Origin: the human T2T-CHM13v2.0 reference genome, Homo sapiens
Assembly: GCA_009914755.4 (NCBI GenBank)
Contig: CP068257.2
Span: 256,001-320,000, forward strand
DNA: 64,000 nt
Direction of reading: 5' to 3'
The notes under the pieces are model-generated. The model worked only from the letters and a program-made list of their open reading frames with translations, ran no database searches and was not told the DNA's origin. The position numbers were made by a program, and so were the translations under genes. Of the stretch, positions 1 to 16,055 are shown piece after piece (positions within the stretch are counted from its first letter, which is position 1; each line of letters opens with the position of its first letter).

Positions 1-190
1 CTCCACATCCTCTCCAGCACCTGTTGTTTCCTGACTTTTTAATGATTGCCATTCTAACTGGTGTGAAATGATATCTCATAGTGGTTTCAATTTGCATTTC
101 TCTGATGGCCAGTGATGATGAGCATTTTTTCATGTGTCTGCCATACATTACTCTTTAGAATCCTGGTGACCAATTCTTTTTCTGGGTGGA
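1..190 (-). mobile_element. L1 (L1PA-like) ORF2 3' portion, antisense fragment continuing beyond the window start
   Basis: Positions 1-140 are the reverse complement of the conserved L1 ORF2 segment (…AAAAAATGCTCATCATCACTGGCCATCAGAGAAATGCAAATCAAAACCAC…GGAAACAACAGGTGCTGGAGAGGATG…); similarity fades after ~190. Confidence 0.7.
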
Positions 191-460
191 AAGTTCATGG
201 AAAGTTCCAGTTTTCTCTCTCTGTTATAATAATGTTCTTTCAGGTAATGGTAGATGACCATATTTAGCTAATTGAATGTCTTATAGTAAGAAACACTATC
301 ACAGAAGTACTTACAAAAAACTAATTGCAGCATAAATATTAATTAGTATTATCAGAGTTATGAAAGACCGAAAGCTCTGTTATAGATCTATTTCCCCATG
401 TACTTTATTGTACTTCATGTTTTTCGTTTTCTTTCTTGGCTTAAGCTCATATTTCATTGA

Positions 461-808
<348 letters not shown>

Positions 809-840
809 CAACATTGAGATTGATTTAAAGAAATTGATTA

Positions 841-1138
841 GGGCTGGGTGTGGTGGTGCACAATGCTTATCTCAACATTTTGGGAGGCAGAAGTGGAAGA
901 TTTTCTTGAGCCCAGGAGCTTGAGACCAGCCTGGGAGGTATAATGAGGCCTTGTCTCTACAAAGATAACAATAAAAACATTAGCATGACATGATGGTATG
1001 CACCTGTAGTTCCAGCTATTCAGGAAGTTGAGGTGGGAAGATTGCTTGAGGTCAGGAGTTTGAGACCACAGTGAGCCATAATCAGGCCCCTGCATTCTAG
1101 CCCTGGGTTGACAGAGTGAGACCCAGTTTCATAAAAAG
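841..1138 (+). mobile_element. Alu SINE
   Basis: gggctgggtgtggtggtgcaca…cctgtagttccagctattcaggaagttgaggtgggaag…cctgggttgacagagtgagaccc plus A-rich tail. Confidence 0.9.
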
Positions 1139-1209
1139 AGATTGATAAGAAACTCTTGATGCAACTCATTATAATTTTAAATGGAAACTAATTCTTGATA
1201 TTACCTTAG

Positions 1210-1294
1210 CAGTGTGTCCCCCAGAAAGTGTCAGAGCCTTTACGTGGACCTTCTCATGAAAACGGAAACAGAATAGTCAATGGAAAAGGAGAAG
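1210..1294 (+). CDS. candidate internal exon (85 nt, open frame QCVPQKVSEPLRGPSHENGNRIVNGKGE) of the ANKRD26-like gene
   Basis: Acceptor ttaccttag|CAG at 1208-1209 and donor GAAG|gtgaga at 1295; one open frame; same strand as downstream exons. Confidence 0.35.
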
Positions 1295-1332
1295 GTGAGA
1301 ACCGTATTTTATTTAAAAAGTCATTTGATGGA

Positions 1333-1648
<316 letters not shown>

Positions 1649-4600
1649 TTAAAATATGAGCACTAATAGAGTTTAATAGCTAAAGAAAATGTCCTATTAA
1701 CTGTATCATAAGTAAAAGAGAAATGAAATGGTGATAAGTGGTGTCTCTAACCAAGGGTCAGCAGTTGATTCTATTGGAAGTACCACTAAAGGAGCTGAGT
1801 TATGAGTTCCATTTTAACATACTCTAAGACCTGAGGCAAGTCAGGAGAGAGGGAAGAAGAAATGAATAAAAGAGAAAGAAAGAATGAGGAGGGCAGAGTG
1901 TACATGGAATAAATAAAAAAAAGTGGATGTATGTAATGGAGGGTAGTAAAGTCAAATTGATCTGTAGAAGAAGGAAGAACAGGGTGTTAGAAATAGGAAG
2001 GAAGATAAAGTGAGCTTCCAGTACCAAAATGTGTCATATAATTACAGTAACATTTTCCTTCTCTTGCTGTCATTCTTGCTACTGGGGAGGCATTAAGGAT
2101 TGAGGTACTTTACCATGCAGACCTGTGTTTTATCTACCATAGATGAACATCACCGTAAATGGTCAGCCATGTATGGCTATAATTTGTTTTTATAGAAAAT
2201 GAAAAGAATAGTGTTGGGTGATTTATTGGGAAGAAATTAATTAGAGAAGCTTTGCCTGATTAAAAGTTCATTAGAAACATTATGGCTTATAACGTAGTAT
2301 TAAATTCAGGGACATAATAGGAAAGAAGTTGAGGCTAGGCCAAAAAGGCCAATTAGGGTAAACCAATATGGAAGCACACCAGTGTAGAACAGGGCATTCA
2401 AATTGTCATGAATTCGTTGAGGAGCTTCTGGAAAGTGCACATTCTGACTCAGCAGGTATTGGAGTCTGCATTTCTCATGAGCACTCAGGTGATGTTTGTG
2501 CTGGTCCTTGGACACAGCTCTGAATAGCAAGGGAATAGCCTTCCTTTAGAGAAATCTGGAAAAAGAACCACTGGAGAGCAATTTAAAAAATAACAGAATC
2601 CAGGGAAAGCTTTAATTTCCTTTTATTTCTGAGCATGATTCTAGCCACAAGGGAAGGAAAATGAGATGAAAAAAGAGAGATTACAGGTGTATACTACTGC
2701 TGAATACAGATGAAAAAAGTGGTCACAATCATCCATAAAAAGCAGTTAGGAAGGGAAGCATCAGGATGACAGTTCTGATAATCATTTTTTCAAAGGAAGA
2801 GGGATGGTGAATGGACACAAAAGGAGGAAAGAAAGACATTTGCTGGGGTCTTGGGAGTTAAAGCCAAGTAAACTTGAGACAACTCACTTCCAGTTGCTTC
2901 AGCATATGCCCAGTCTCACAAAAGAGGTTATTGCTGTGGAGAGTACTGGAGACAGGAGGGAGTGCTAGAGTTGGGGTAAACCACAGCAGCTCATTTCACT
3001 TGATAACTGTCAGGCCTCAGGGAGAGAAGTTTCACTGACATGAGTGAATAAGATATGATTAAGTTGCATATAGATGCTTTGGCGAAATTTTTTTGAGACA
3101 GCCAGTTCTTTGATATGATAGCTGTTTTATAAAAGTCCTTTACAGTGTAAGATAATATACCAAACTTAGTTAATTTTAGAAGTAATCATAAAATTCATTC
3201 CATGAAAACCAAAATTATCATTTTCAATAAATACTGCACTGATTTTGAAATATAAATATGTATTAATATCCAGCAAGTCTGTGGTCATTCAATGTTTTCT
3301 TTTTTGATAAATATTTTGATATCAGAAGCTTATTCGACATGGTTTATTTGATGTGTTTTATGGACCACCTTGCATGAGTGGATCAAGGAGCTCTAATTCA
3401 AGGCCAAATGAGGGGATAGGAGAAATGTAGGTGCTGCAGTAGCCCATGTGATCATGGGAAAAATGAGTACTTTGATTAGCTGTTATTTCATAAGTGTGTA
3501 TCCTAGCTGATCAATGTAGAACCCTTTCTTTGATGAGAGGTGAATCCCACATTCACCTGAACTGTCATCCCAACTGAGTATTTCCTCAGTGACAAGACAA
3601 GGGGAATTTATTTGTGCTGTGCTGGCAGCAATGCCTCTGGTGTGTGGAGCTTTACCTATTAAAGTGTCAGTTTCTGTTTTAACTTCAGAGGCTTGCTGCT
3701 AGTGTTATTACACTGATGATCTGAAGCTTATCAGATGTTCTAATGAGCAAGACTGTGTGTGTAGGTGTATATATAGATGTGTGTATGCGTGCGCTTGTGG
3801 CATCTTTCACTATTACAAATGACGAAAGTAATGATTCATTTATGACTGGTAGACACAGTCTCTTAAAATGGTGATTTTGAGCCTTTTTAGTGTTAAAGTT
3901 TTTAAAACATGATTGCATAGAGGCTACCAACATCATAAGTTGGTTGTTTTTCATTTCAATGCCCTTTTGAAATCTTTAACTACATTGTGATGCCCAGAAA
4001 TAATATGCAGAATTTTTTGTGTCCTAAAATAGTATGTGAGTGGTTATATACTTTATATATCTTTCTACCACTTTCTTTGGTGTGTTTTGTATTATATTTT
4101 CCACTTGTACCCACATTGGTGTGATTATCTCTGGTTTAATTCATTTTACACTGTTCATTGTATTCCCTCATACCACTTTACCACATTTAGTTAGACTCTC
4201 CTGTTGCTGATAAATGAAGAAATAAAAAGAAAAATAATGTCAGTTTAAGAGGGCTTTTCTTTAATCAGTTTGTATCTATTAGCATTTACTATATGAGAGT
4301 TTAAACCTGAAAAGTTCAGAATACAAGCATGCACCACCATATTTTATTAATGCCCTTAGAACTATGACTCATGAGACTTTAGCCTATGAAGTTAGGACAA
4401 TTCATTTCTCTGAAGAAGAATGCTGGGCTGTTCTCAGAAAAGAAAACTGAAAATAGCAAATGATATTGTCTTATTTTACCTCTTGGACATCCTTGAATGA
4501 AACTGCTACTAAAGGGATACTCGGATCAAAATTCAGATCTAATGTTTTGAACAGTATAGTTTGTGAATGTCCAGTGATCATGAGCCCTTGATGGGGAAAT

Positions 4601-4805
4601 GACCTTTCGAGTTTCACTTTTGCATTTTTTGCTCTTTTCGTTGACTTGTCTTGAAAGCTTAAATTCAACTATTTTATTTTTACAGAAATCAGGAATATAA
4701 CTTTTAAAATATATGTCTGTCCTGTCTCACGGTGTTGTGTACTCTTCAGATCTTGTATGAACATAGACTTATATGGGAACAATTAGGTTTTTTGTTTGTT
4801 TGTTT

Positions 4806-5093
4806 GTGTTTTTGAGGCAGAGTCTTGCTCTGTCACCAAGGCTGGAGTGCAGTGGCTCAGTCTTGGCTCATTACCACCTCTGCCTCTCAGGTTCAAGCAA
4901 TTCTCCTGCCTCAGCCCCTAGAGTAGCTGATACTACATGCACGTGCTACCATACCCTGCTAATTTTTCTATTTCTAGTAGAGATGGGGTTTCACCAGGTT
5001 GGCCAGGCTGCTCTTGAACTCCTGACCTCAGGTGATCTGCCCACCTCGGCTTGCCAATGTGCTGGGATTACAGGTGGGAGCCACTGTGCCAGC
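4806..5093 (-). mobile_element. Alu SINE (antisense) preceded by (GTTT)n tail remnant
   Basis: tttgaggcagagtcttgctctgtcaccaaggctggagtgcagtggc … gctgggattacaggtgggagccactgtgccagc. Confidence 0.9.
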
Positions 5094-6862
5094 TACAAAT
5101 AAGATTTTTAAGGCTATTATATTTTATACAATTCTTTGGTCTATGTGAATTCTGAAGGTATTCATGCATTGAGGGAAGATTATCTCAGTTTAATGAAAGC
5201 AGTTTTTAATTTAAAGTATATTCATTAAAATTTTTTTTGAAGTTTTTTTCTCTAGTACACAGAAACACACAATAGTATCATGGGTATTTGACCTTAATGT
5301 GTTTATGCACAAACTTAGTTATTCAAATATTTTCCTATCCCTGAAGAATCTTAATTACTAATAAACAAATTTCTCATGGAAAACAACATATATAACAGAG
5401 ATGGTTGAGTGATTGAAAGTAAACTGTAGTAAATACCAGAAGCTTAGAACAAGTTAAGTAAACTTGTCTGAGTTAATAGCAATTACAAGACTTTTAAAAT
5501 ACATTGGACCACGGGGGAGTAGTGCATTTGTGGGGTAGAGGACAACATGGTACTGCTTCAGTGAAGAAAGAACTATTACACCTTATTACAATTTGTATTA
5601 TTATTTACATTCTAATAAATAAAAACTTTATTTTCAGATATTTTACATCATGTTTCTACTAGTTGAACCATCAATAGTAAGACTTTTCAAAGATTTGGGA
5701 AGTTGTGAGTTGATGATAAATATCTGTATCACCATCAGTGATCAAAAATCAGACAGCAACTACCATAGACTTTGGACATGCGAACTTCATAGTTAAAGAA
5801 AGGATTAATCTTGGAGCTGTGTTTCTATCAAGGAATTACACTCTTCATTACCTGTGTGAATCGCAGTTATTAGAGTAGAAAGAGAGCAAAGAAGGGAAAG
5901 AAGCATAGAAAATTTTATTCTAGATTACCTCGTTTGGCTTCATGCTACCATAGTTCTGACTTTTAAAGAGTCATTTTGTGGTCAAATATACTTTGTGTTC
6001 ACTCCCCTTATGCAGCCTACAACCAAACAGAATGGTTCTTAGCAAGGCATTTGTATTCTTCCCTTAAGGAAAGCAACATATAAATAAGAAAGGGAATGAG
6101 AAGAAAGAGTGATTTCATTGAGGTTGGTATTTAACATAAATTTGAGTGCAGGTACCATGATTATATTTAGAATTTTGTGGCTGGATGGGAAAACCAGCTA
6201 GATGTCTATAGATTTCCTACTCAAACACAATGTGCCTTTGTTTTACTTTTACGTCTCTAATTTAGCAATTATTAGGTACAACTGTATGCAGTGTCACTAA
6301 AAATACCTCCCAAAACCAAATATTAAATAATGTCTATGGCTTTCTGTTTTATAGTGTTGATTTTCCCAATATTAATGGGAACCACTGAGCATTTGCCTTG
6401 TGGTGTCTCCTCAGCTGTATTCACATATTCCATCACCTTTTCTTAATGGATAATCACGCACTATGAGTAAGGGTTTTCAGAAAAGCTGTGTCATTTAAAG
6501 ATAACACAGGAGCATCAAATTTAATTCTGCTAGGACGCCTGGTCTACTGATTAACTGCAGCTAATATGAGGTCTACTTCACATCCAAGTTAAATTCAGTG
6601 CCCTTAATCAGTCATATGATGAGGTCAACAGTAATAAATTATGCAATATTTTTTCACCCACCCCTATAGTTTTAATTTCTTTTTCCCCTTATGTCTGTGT
6701 TTAACATTTTGCTTTGCAAAACATGATGATAATCTTCTAGAGTAGTGAGGACAAGCTATAAATCCAAAGTTTCTTACCTATGCAAATGACTTGTTTGCTC
6801 TATTTTCTCATGAGCTTGGTAGATCCAGGGAACAGAACTTTTAAAACAAAATCCCCATATGT

Positions 6863-7364
<502 letters not shown>

Positions 7365-7630
7365 TTATTCAATAGAAATTCATTCTTATAATGGCCACTG
7401 ATACCTATATCCTAAATATTTCTGAAAACATCTCCTCAGGCCTGCATCATCTTTGCAACATTGCCTTATATTTTATCTTTGTTCATTGATTTATATGCCT
7501 CAGAATTTTATGCTCCTCACAGTATTTAGAGTGAATTATCCCTAATGCAAATAGATCCGTGAATCACTCCTGAATACCTAATGTCTAAGCATCTTAAAGG
7601 TTTATATAAGGATTTCAGAAACTGACTTCT

Positions 7631-7928
7631 GGGTTGGGCACGGTGGCTCATGTCTGTGATCCCAGCACTTTGGGAGGCTGAGGCAAGTGGATCATTTGAG
7701 ATCAGGAGTTCAAGACCAGCCTGGCCAACAAGGTGAAACCCCATCTCTAATAAAATACAAAAATTAGCAGGTGGTAGTGGCACGCGCCTGTAATCTCAGC
7801 TACTCAGGAGGCTGAGGTAGAAGAATTACTTGAACCTGGGAGGCCGGGTTGCAGTGAGCTGAGATCATGCCACTGCCCTCCAGTCTGGGAGACAGAGTAT
7901 AACCTTGTCCCAAAAAAGAAAAGAAAAG
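7631..7928 (+). mobile_element. Alu SINE
   Basis: gggttgggcacggtggctcatgtctgtgatcccagcactttgggaggctgaggc…gccactgccctccagtctgggagacagag plus A-rich tail. Confidence 0.9.
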
Positions 7929-8474
7929 GAAACTGATTTCTGCCCAAATCTCCATCTGTATCCCTTTCCCCATCTGCCTTTTTCTCTGGAATTACTGAGC
8001 TGCTGGTAATGGCCCCCTCACCATTCCTCTTCTGCAGAGAAATACATACGCTCTTGGAGGCTTCTCTTCCTCTCTTGTTGCTGCCTGGCATGTGCTCACC
8101 CTTTCCTGCCCTCTGCCTCGCTTAATCTGGCTAACCTCACTCTCTAAGTCTCAGCTCATGGATGATCTTTAGGAAAGCCATCCCTGACAGCTTCTATTTT
8201 CCTTTCTTATTCCCCAGTGCCTAACACTTAGCAGGAACTCAATAAGTAATTATTTAGCAAAATTAAGACTGCTTATACAAAGATGATTCAAAAGATTATC
8301 CTCTACAGTCTAGCAGCAAAGGGGTCAACATGTAAAGACATGATGTGCAGGTCAGGTGGTAAAGTGACACTAGAAAAATTGACAAGGTACTAAGGGACCC
8401 CAACGAAGCAGACACCTGTGTGTGTGGAGAAAGATACCTAGAATCAAGGAAGATTTCACATAGCATTCTGAGCC

Positions 8475-8767
8475 TTTTTTTTTCCTCTTTTTGGAGACAA
8501 GTTCTTACTCTGTCACCCAGGATTGGAGTGCAATGGCATGATTGAGACTCACTGAAACCTCAGACTCCTGGGCTCGAGGGATCTTCTCATCTAAGCTTCT
8601 TGAGTAGCGGGGACAACAGGAACATATCACCATACGTGTCTAATTTTTTGTAGAGTCAAGGTTACCTATGGTTCCCAGGCTGGTCTTAAACTCTTGGCCT
8701 TGAGCAATTCTCCCATTTTGGCCTTCCAAAGTGCTGGGATTACAGATGTGAGCTATTATGCCCAGCC
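8475..8767 (-). mobile_element. Alu SINE (antisense, diverged; older AluJ/S-like)
   Basis: ttttttttcctctttttggagacaagttcttactctgtcacccaggattggagtgcaatggc … caaagtgctgggattacagatgtgagctattatgcccagcc. Confidence 0.8.
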
Positions 8768-9250
8768 TACTTTCTGAGTCTTAAAAGATGAAAATAAATT
8801 TTTCAGAATAGCAGGGGAAAACATTTGTGATGTAAAAAATGGGGTGCACACTAATTGAGGTATAAACAACAATAATTTTGCAAATTATTAGTAACTGCCA
8901 ACTCAATTAGTGTCTTGTTAAAAAGATACTGTTATGAAGTATAATAAAGCATTACGTTGTATATTTTGACTGTATTTCAAATTTCTGTTTTGTTTCCAAC
9001 AGTTTTGTTGACTTATGTTGGGTGGAACAATTTGTGAGTGACCCTGAGATTTTACATGGCTTGAATCTGGTGATATCTGGTGTCTCCCCAAGTGGTTTGT
9101 TGAAGTTTTGGATAATTAGAAGTATTTCTTACAGAAGTAAATATTTCAGTAAACATTGTTTCATTCAAACTCTCAAAATATAAAATACAAAGAAATGTTA
9201 TTCTTTATTTATTTTTATAAAGATTATAGTCCTTATCTAACTCTTCTTAG

Positions 9251-9355
9251 TTCATTTGAACTAAATCAATGACTTTGTCAACAGAACAAACCTTACCAGT
9301 GGCTTTAGAGGAAGAGCAAGAAAGGTGTGAAAGAAGTGAAAAGAAGCAATCACAG
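9251..9355 (+). pseudogene. candidate exon of the ANKRD26-like gene (…EQTLPVALEEEQERCERSEKKQSQ); the 5' boundary is ambiguous (9251 or 9285)
   Basis: Acceptor ctcttcttag| at 9250 or gtcaacag| at 9284; strong donor CACAG|gtatat at 9356; the first ~20 nt have stops in all frames if 9251 is used. Confidence 0.4.
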
Positions 9356-11424
9356 GTATATGAAAATTTAAGTTCTTGTTTAATATTAGGGTTTTTTTTT
9401 GCTTTACTAACAAAGCATAGTCCAAATGACATGACCTTTCAGACTATACCTTTAGAATCCAATAGATCATAATTTTATATTTAATTTTTAAAACATCTTA
9501 ACCAGTTATGAAACTTAAGATATTCTTACTATCTCTAGTAACTATTAGTTATTCTAGTAATTCTTAGTATCTCTAGTAATTCATAGCTGTATTTACCCTT
9601 AGAATTGAGGCAAGAAATCTTCAGAATTATCTTGCTGTTTTATTTATATAACCTTACTCATAATACACAAGGTAACATGAAGTATTGGGTCATATTACTG
9701 AGGAATAGAAATTATGAACAGTTTAACAACAATGGCCACTGAGTTAAACTAGTGTTAAAGGAGTCATCATTGCCAGTGCTTCAAATGTTGCAGTTTTATA
9801 TTGCTGGTCACCAGTGCCGAGGTTAAAGATTTATTCTGTTTTGTGGTCACCAGTTGACTTCTGTGTCTGTGTTCAGGGAGTGAAAGGGGTCATAAAAGTC
9901 AATGCAGTTGCCTATTAAGAGAATCCTACCTTGCAGAATGGGACCTTTGGTGTCAGGGTGTGAACAATAACTTTATTTCAACATAAATACATAGTAAACA
10001 TTACTGAAATTTAAAAAATCCAAACCCTATCACTACTGGAACTTAAAATATATTAGAAGTGGATATAAGCAGAAATTCTATCTAGATACATAACACTATC
10101 ATAGTATATCATTTGAATTAGAATTTAAAATTTTACTTCTCTTTCTTATTGGTGTTCAGTTTAGCTCTTAATAATTTAGTGTTTGCCTAGTGCTCTAGTT
10201 AATCTTCAGAAATAAACATGCACTGTAGGGGCTCACTCTTTCTGGTATGCTGAGGTAAAGTCTTTGTAAGAGAGGAAGCTTTTATAATACTACCTATCAT
10301 CTTTGAATTCATTTCTGGTAGATTTTACACAAATGCATTAAGTTTAGTCCAAACAGACAGTGAGAGTTCAGCTTGCTGGTTCATGTTTCTGTCCTATGTT
10401 AAGCCAAAGTAAATTATTTTTCACTTTTTAGTTACAATCCCATAATTTAAGAGTAGCAACACATAGATTAAGTTTCACAGTTAAATTTTAATTATTTTCT
10501 AATATTTCTTTGTTTATACATGATTAAAGCTAATTTTAAAACATGCACTCTGACAGAAAAGACATCTGAGAAACAAAACAAGCAAATTTGTTTTCCATTT
10601 TGCACCTGCCCCCCACCAAAAAAAGTCTCAAGAACCAGAACTGGGTAAGAACAGTGATAAAGGGAATCAATCTATATATTCATGACTTTCTTTAAAATTT
10701 ATTACAAACAAGTTCAAGCTGAATATTGGTAAAAGTTCTGAAAACTCCAAAATTACTACTTGCCCTGAGGAAGAGCTCCTACATGGTAACTCTAAAGAGG
10801 GATGAACAAAAAAGGAGTGCCCTCTAGTCTGATGAATCATGTCCCTGATTGTGAGGAGAAAAATGTATCTGGAGGGTCTAGCTCTGTGGCAGTCCAGGCA
10901 GCGCCTGAACAGAGGAAGCCCATGTCAAATGTCTTTTTATTCCATTCACACTCCAGGTCCCTGAAATACACTTACCAGTCATCTTCTAAGCTTCATTTAA
11001 TTTAAAATAAATCAGACTATAAAAATGATAACAAACCAGACACACAGCTTGTTTCTAACACAGATGATGGAAATTTTTGTTATGATATAGAAACTGAAAA
11101 AGTAAGGAACCCAGTAATTATGATTGAAATGAAAGATGATTAAGAGTTTGACATGCAAATGGAAAAATATATAAACCCAAATACCACTAATTGGAAATTA
11201 GGCATTGGTCTCAGTCTAGAGATCCAGATAGCCTTTTTGATTTGTGGTTTACCCACCCCAAAGAAATGAAGCATATGATTCAGATAGAAAGTCACAGTAT
11301 TTCTGCTGCTACAGATACTTATAAAAACAGAAAACCAACACAGTGCTTATTCCAGAAGCCGCTGTATGACAATCCCAGTGTTAATAACTACAAAACCATG
11401 AATCTTGAACTATAAAATGCGGGT

Positions 11425-11585
11425 TATTCTTTGCCACATAGTGAGAGAACATCAAAAATATAGCTAGAAGACTTACAGCAAGATATTTCAAGGTCACCAA
11501 GATATCACATATATACATATGTAACAAACCTGCACATTGTGCACATGTACCAGAACTTAAAGTATAATAATAGTAAAAAGAATGA
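11425..11585 (+). mobile_element. L1 extreme 3' end fragment (sense)
   Basis: …catatgtaacaaacctgcacattgtgcacatgtaccagaacttaaagtataataata matches the L1 3' UTR terminus. Confidence 0.5.
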
Positions 11586-13393
11586 GGTAGGCATGTTACA
11601 AGTAGAGCTCCTGGCTTTGGAGAAACAGAAAGTCCAACTTCAAAAAGACAGAGGTTCACTTGCTGCTTCTTTTTTCTCTTTATCAATTATTTGATTTAGT
11701 CAAATTTTCTATTCAAGAAAATCTCATGTGTACAGTTACAGCGGGGTTTTCTAAATGTGTAATTATGTGTCAAAGTAGATTAGTCCTGCTATCTAAACAA
11801 TGGTTCTGGAGAATGTTCTCATAATGTTTCTTCATTAATCAACCTAAGTCTCACTCTCAGTCTTCCAAGTGGCATATGAGCTGGGAAACTAATTCAGCCA
11901 TATACCACGTGACCTTCTGAATGAGATCAACATAAAGAAATTGCTAAAGAAATAAGCTTTAGATTCTAGATTCTTTTTTCTGTATTCATTTAGAGATGAA
12001 TTACATTTATTTAATGATAGAATGGGAATACAATGGGAGGGAAGCAATGACTGAGACGAGCCACAAAAACACGTCTAGCCTTGAGAGTTGCAATGAATAT
12101 TCCCAGCCAAATGAGTCTGTTTAATGTATTTTCATGCATGCAAGTTCATCTGCTTAGCTCAAACTGTTTGAACTTATAGTTCCATCATGGTTATTTCCAA
12201 TATTTTGAAAACAAATATATACTTCCACATATTTTAAAAAATCACCACTCCAATATTTCTGTTGAATCAGTCCTTACATTATGTTGTTTAATAAAGTATC
12301 ATAAGTTTTGGCATGTGTGATTTTTATCATGTAAGAAGCATAATTTCTTAGATAAAAATTTATCCTTTGATTCTTTAGTAGAAAGTTGAGTTCTGTACAT
12401 TGTGTCCTAAAGATAGACAAAATCTAGAGATTTTCTTCTTCAAAGTAAAAGCAGATGAGGCCTTTTTCCACCCTCTGAGGCGTTAAATTGCTTTGCTCAA
12501 CTTAGACTTTTAATATATCTGACTAATTTGATAAATTTATTTGGTAATTTATGTAATTCAGCAATATGGAATTGTATCATGTTATTTGGTGCCATGAAAT
12601 GCTAGAGAATGCCACCTCAAGAGCTCTCGATGAAACATTTCATATGTCTTTGTTAGTTTGACTCCCATTTTCAGTAGATAATGGGGCTAAAGTAGATAAC
12701 TGTACCGTATGTTTTCCACCTATAAACTTTTCTGATAATTGAATGTGAAATCTGGGAAGCATGTCGTTTTCCAGAATTCTGCACTGGAAACTCAGCAGTT
12801 TCACTCTGCTTCTTGTGTTGTGGCAAACTTTGGTTCCCATAGTTCAGGGAGAACTTTCACTTTTTTGATATCCCAGAATTAAAAAAAAAAAGAGATAAAA
12901 GGCAGTGGGGAAAAGAATAGCTCAGTGTAGAAAAGGGAAAACTTCTTTACTGTTCCTGAAGCCCTACAAGGTCACATCCTCTTAATCTGGCTATTTCATG
13001 TAAAATCCAGGTGGCAATGACAGAAGATATATGTTATGCCTGTGTCTTTTTATTTCTCTGTTTCTGCCAGTCAGATAACATAAATATTTATATCAGATAG
13101 CAAAGAGTGGATGGGAATAAAAGCACAAAATGGAGAAGAGTCCTTTTTGAAATTTTGGAAAATTCTTCTATTCACTCAAACAGAAATGAGCAGACTTGAC
13201 AAAAATTTCAATGATAAAATGATGAGTATCTTATAATTATAATAATTATGTATAATGATAAAATTAAAGTAAGCACAAAATATTTTTATCATTAAAACGG
13301 TGATAGTTAACCTGAATCAAGTGAAAAAATCAGGGAAAAACTTCTTTTTATTGAATAAAATAATAATTATTATTCATATTACTTTTGTTAAAG

Positions 13394-13557
13394 GTCAAAG
13401 AAGGAAATAATACAAACAAAAGTGAAAAAATACAACTATCAGAAAATGTATGTCATAGTACATCTGCTGCTGCTGCTGACAGATTAACCCAACAAAGAAA
13501 TATTGGGAAAATCTATCCTCAGCCTTTTACCAAGAAGCTGAAGGAAGAGCATCATAG
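13394..13557 (+). CDS. exon of the ANKRD26-like gene (VKEGNNTNKSEKIQLSENVCHSTSAAAADRLTQQRNIGKIYPQPFTKKLKEEHH)
   Basis: Acceptor ttgttaaag| at 13392-13393, donor CATAG|gtaagt at 13558; fully open frame; phase-compatible with the next exon. Confidence 0.6.
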
Positions 13558-13579
13558 GTAAGTAAGCCTATAGCAGTGT

Positions 13580-13938
<359 letters not shown>

Positions 13939-15001
13939 TAAACTAATTCAAAATTGGACTAATATTCCTTATGATTAACAAGTTTTATATTTTTACCAGA
14001 GATATTTAGCCCTGCCTGGTAATCAGAAAAGTGCAAATTAACATAAAATAAGATATATTTTGTAAAGTCATGCTGGTATTGAAAAAGTAATTACTACCAT
14101 TGGCAAATGTGAGGAAAAAGGCATTCTCATACACTGTTGGTATATGAAATTGGTAAATTATTTCTGAAGGGTAACTTAGTGCTGTGTATCAAAATTTCAA
14201 ATAACCTGACATCCCTTTAACTCAACAACTCCACTTCTGGGACTAGATTTCACAGGAAAACATAACTTGTGTAAACATACACTTATTAAGGGCATTAATT
14301 ATATATTACACATAATGAACAATAGCTTAATAAATACATAAAATATATGTAATAAGAAGGTGAATTGGATGTATTAAGAAAGAATTATAAAAAGTGTGGG
14401 GTAACAGATGTTAGACCCTTTAGCCTAGTTTTAGTTGACAATCATCTGCAGATATAGTTTGTGTGAGAGACATCTTACTCTGTAAATCATTTGGAGAGAC
14501 ACCTGCAATATTTCATAAAGATGAAAATTTATTTCTAGTGAACTTATACGCTTGTCAATAAATAGTAACTTTAAAAATTTAGTTGATTGTAAATGACCTT
14601 TTCTAATCGGGGAGTAATTATGACTGTGTGATTTGAAAAGGTAATTTTGAAATTCTAACTATACTGAATTATCTCCAGTATCCTTTTTTATAATATATGC
14701 TAGAGTGACTAGTAACAAAAACTTCAGCAGAATATTCTTTCCTTACTACTTTTCAAGTATATGCATTCTTTTGAAGATGTTGAAGTGAGAGATTAAATAT
14801 CTGAGAACTAAAAAGGAAAAATAATTCAGAACACAGAAATTTTATTAGGATGATAAAGAGCATCTGCAGAGGTAGATCACAGGATGAACTCTTTATTTTT
14901 TAACAAAATGAGTTTTAAGATAAATGTCTTTATCTGCAGATGCATCTTAAGATAAGAAAATAAAGAAAAAACAAATGTTAATATGCTGTACAAAAAAATA
15001 G

Positions 15002-15134
15002 AGAAGAATTAGAAAGGAAAGAGAAACAACATAAGAAAGAAGTTGAAGCAAAGCAACTTGAACCAACTGTTCAATCACTAGAGATGAAAACAAAGACTGC
15101 AAGAAATACTCCAAATCAGATAAATCAATCTTTG
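15002..15134 (+). CDS. exon of the ANKRD26-like gene (EELERKEKQHKKEVEAKQLEPTVQSLEMKTKTARNTPNQINQSL)
   Basis: Acceptor aaaaaaatag| at 15000-15001, donor CTTTG|gtaaaa at 15135; open frame; joining to the previous exon gives …EEHH-R-EELERKEK… in frame. Confidence 0.6.
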
Positions 15135-16052
15135 GTAAAAATTCTATATTTTAAACTATTTTATGAAAGTTTCTTCTAATATTCTCTTGATTTAATATAT
15201 AATATTTAGGTCTAAAACAAACCAGAAATGTTATCTCATTTTTAAAAAATGAATGATGCCACTTACAGGTACAATTATTAATATTTATTATAAATCTTGG
15301 CATCCACATAAGATATTATTTTATAACAAAGAGCTTTTGAAAACAATAATATGCCATAGTATATACTTAGTGATAACCTATTGATAAAGATTCTGTTCCC
15401 AGTAAAATTGTTCCTTGTACTTTCCCCTATTTCATATTGATTACTGTACCTAATATTATAAAGAGGAAACAAATTATTGCAATCACAAATAATCTCATGA
15501 TATTCTAAGAAGAGCTCTATAAATTTTATCTTATTTACCATTGGTGTTTTGAAATAAAAGTTTTCTTCCATATGGATATATTTACACCACAGAAGTAACT
15601 GTGATATGTCAGAGAACTAGAAGTAGAGTCAGAAGTCCTGGGGAAAATCCTGTAGCTTGCTTATATTTTTAACATTTCTTTTTCAAAATTGTGATAACTA
15701 GATGAGTTCATCAATGAATGTATATAGGAGTGACTAGTATAATGTCTAGATTTATGATTTAGTAAATGTAATTCTTACGACTGAATATAAAAGTGTTAAA
15801 AGAGTCAAATTGAAATAGAATGTTATCAGCGAAACAGAACTGTAATAACTCTGGGAAATTTTATCTGTCCAAATACGTGTGAACCAAGGTTCTTACTATA
15901 GGGTGGTGTATGGGTTAGATATCAAAGTGGAAATGCAATTTTTTGATATATTTTAATTTAGTCAAATTTGTTAATGCTTTAATTTATGATTTTCAGTTTG
16001 TTGTAATTCAAGGAAAGGCTTTTCCAATTCTGAAATTCTCAAAAATTCTCTG

Positions 16053-16055
<3 letters not shown>
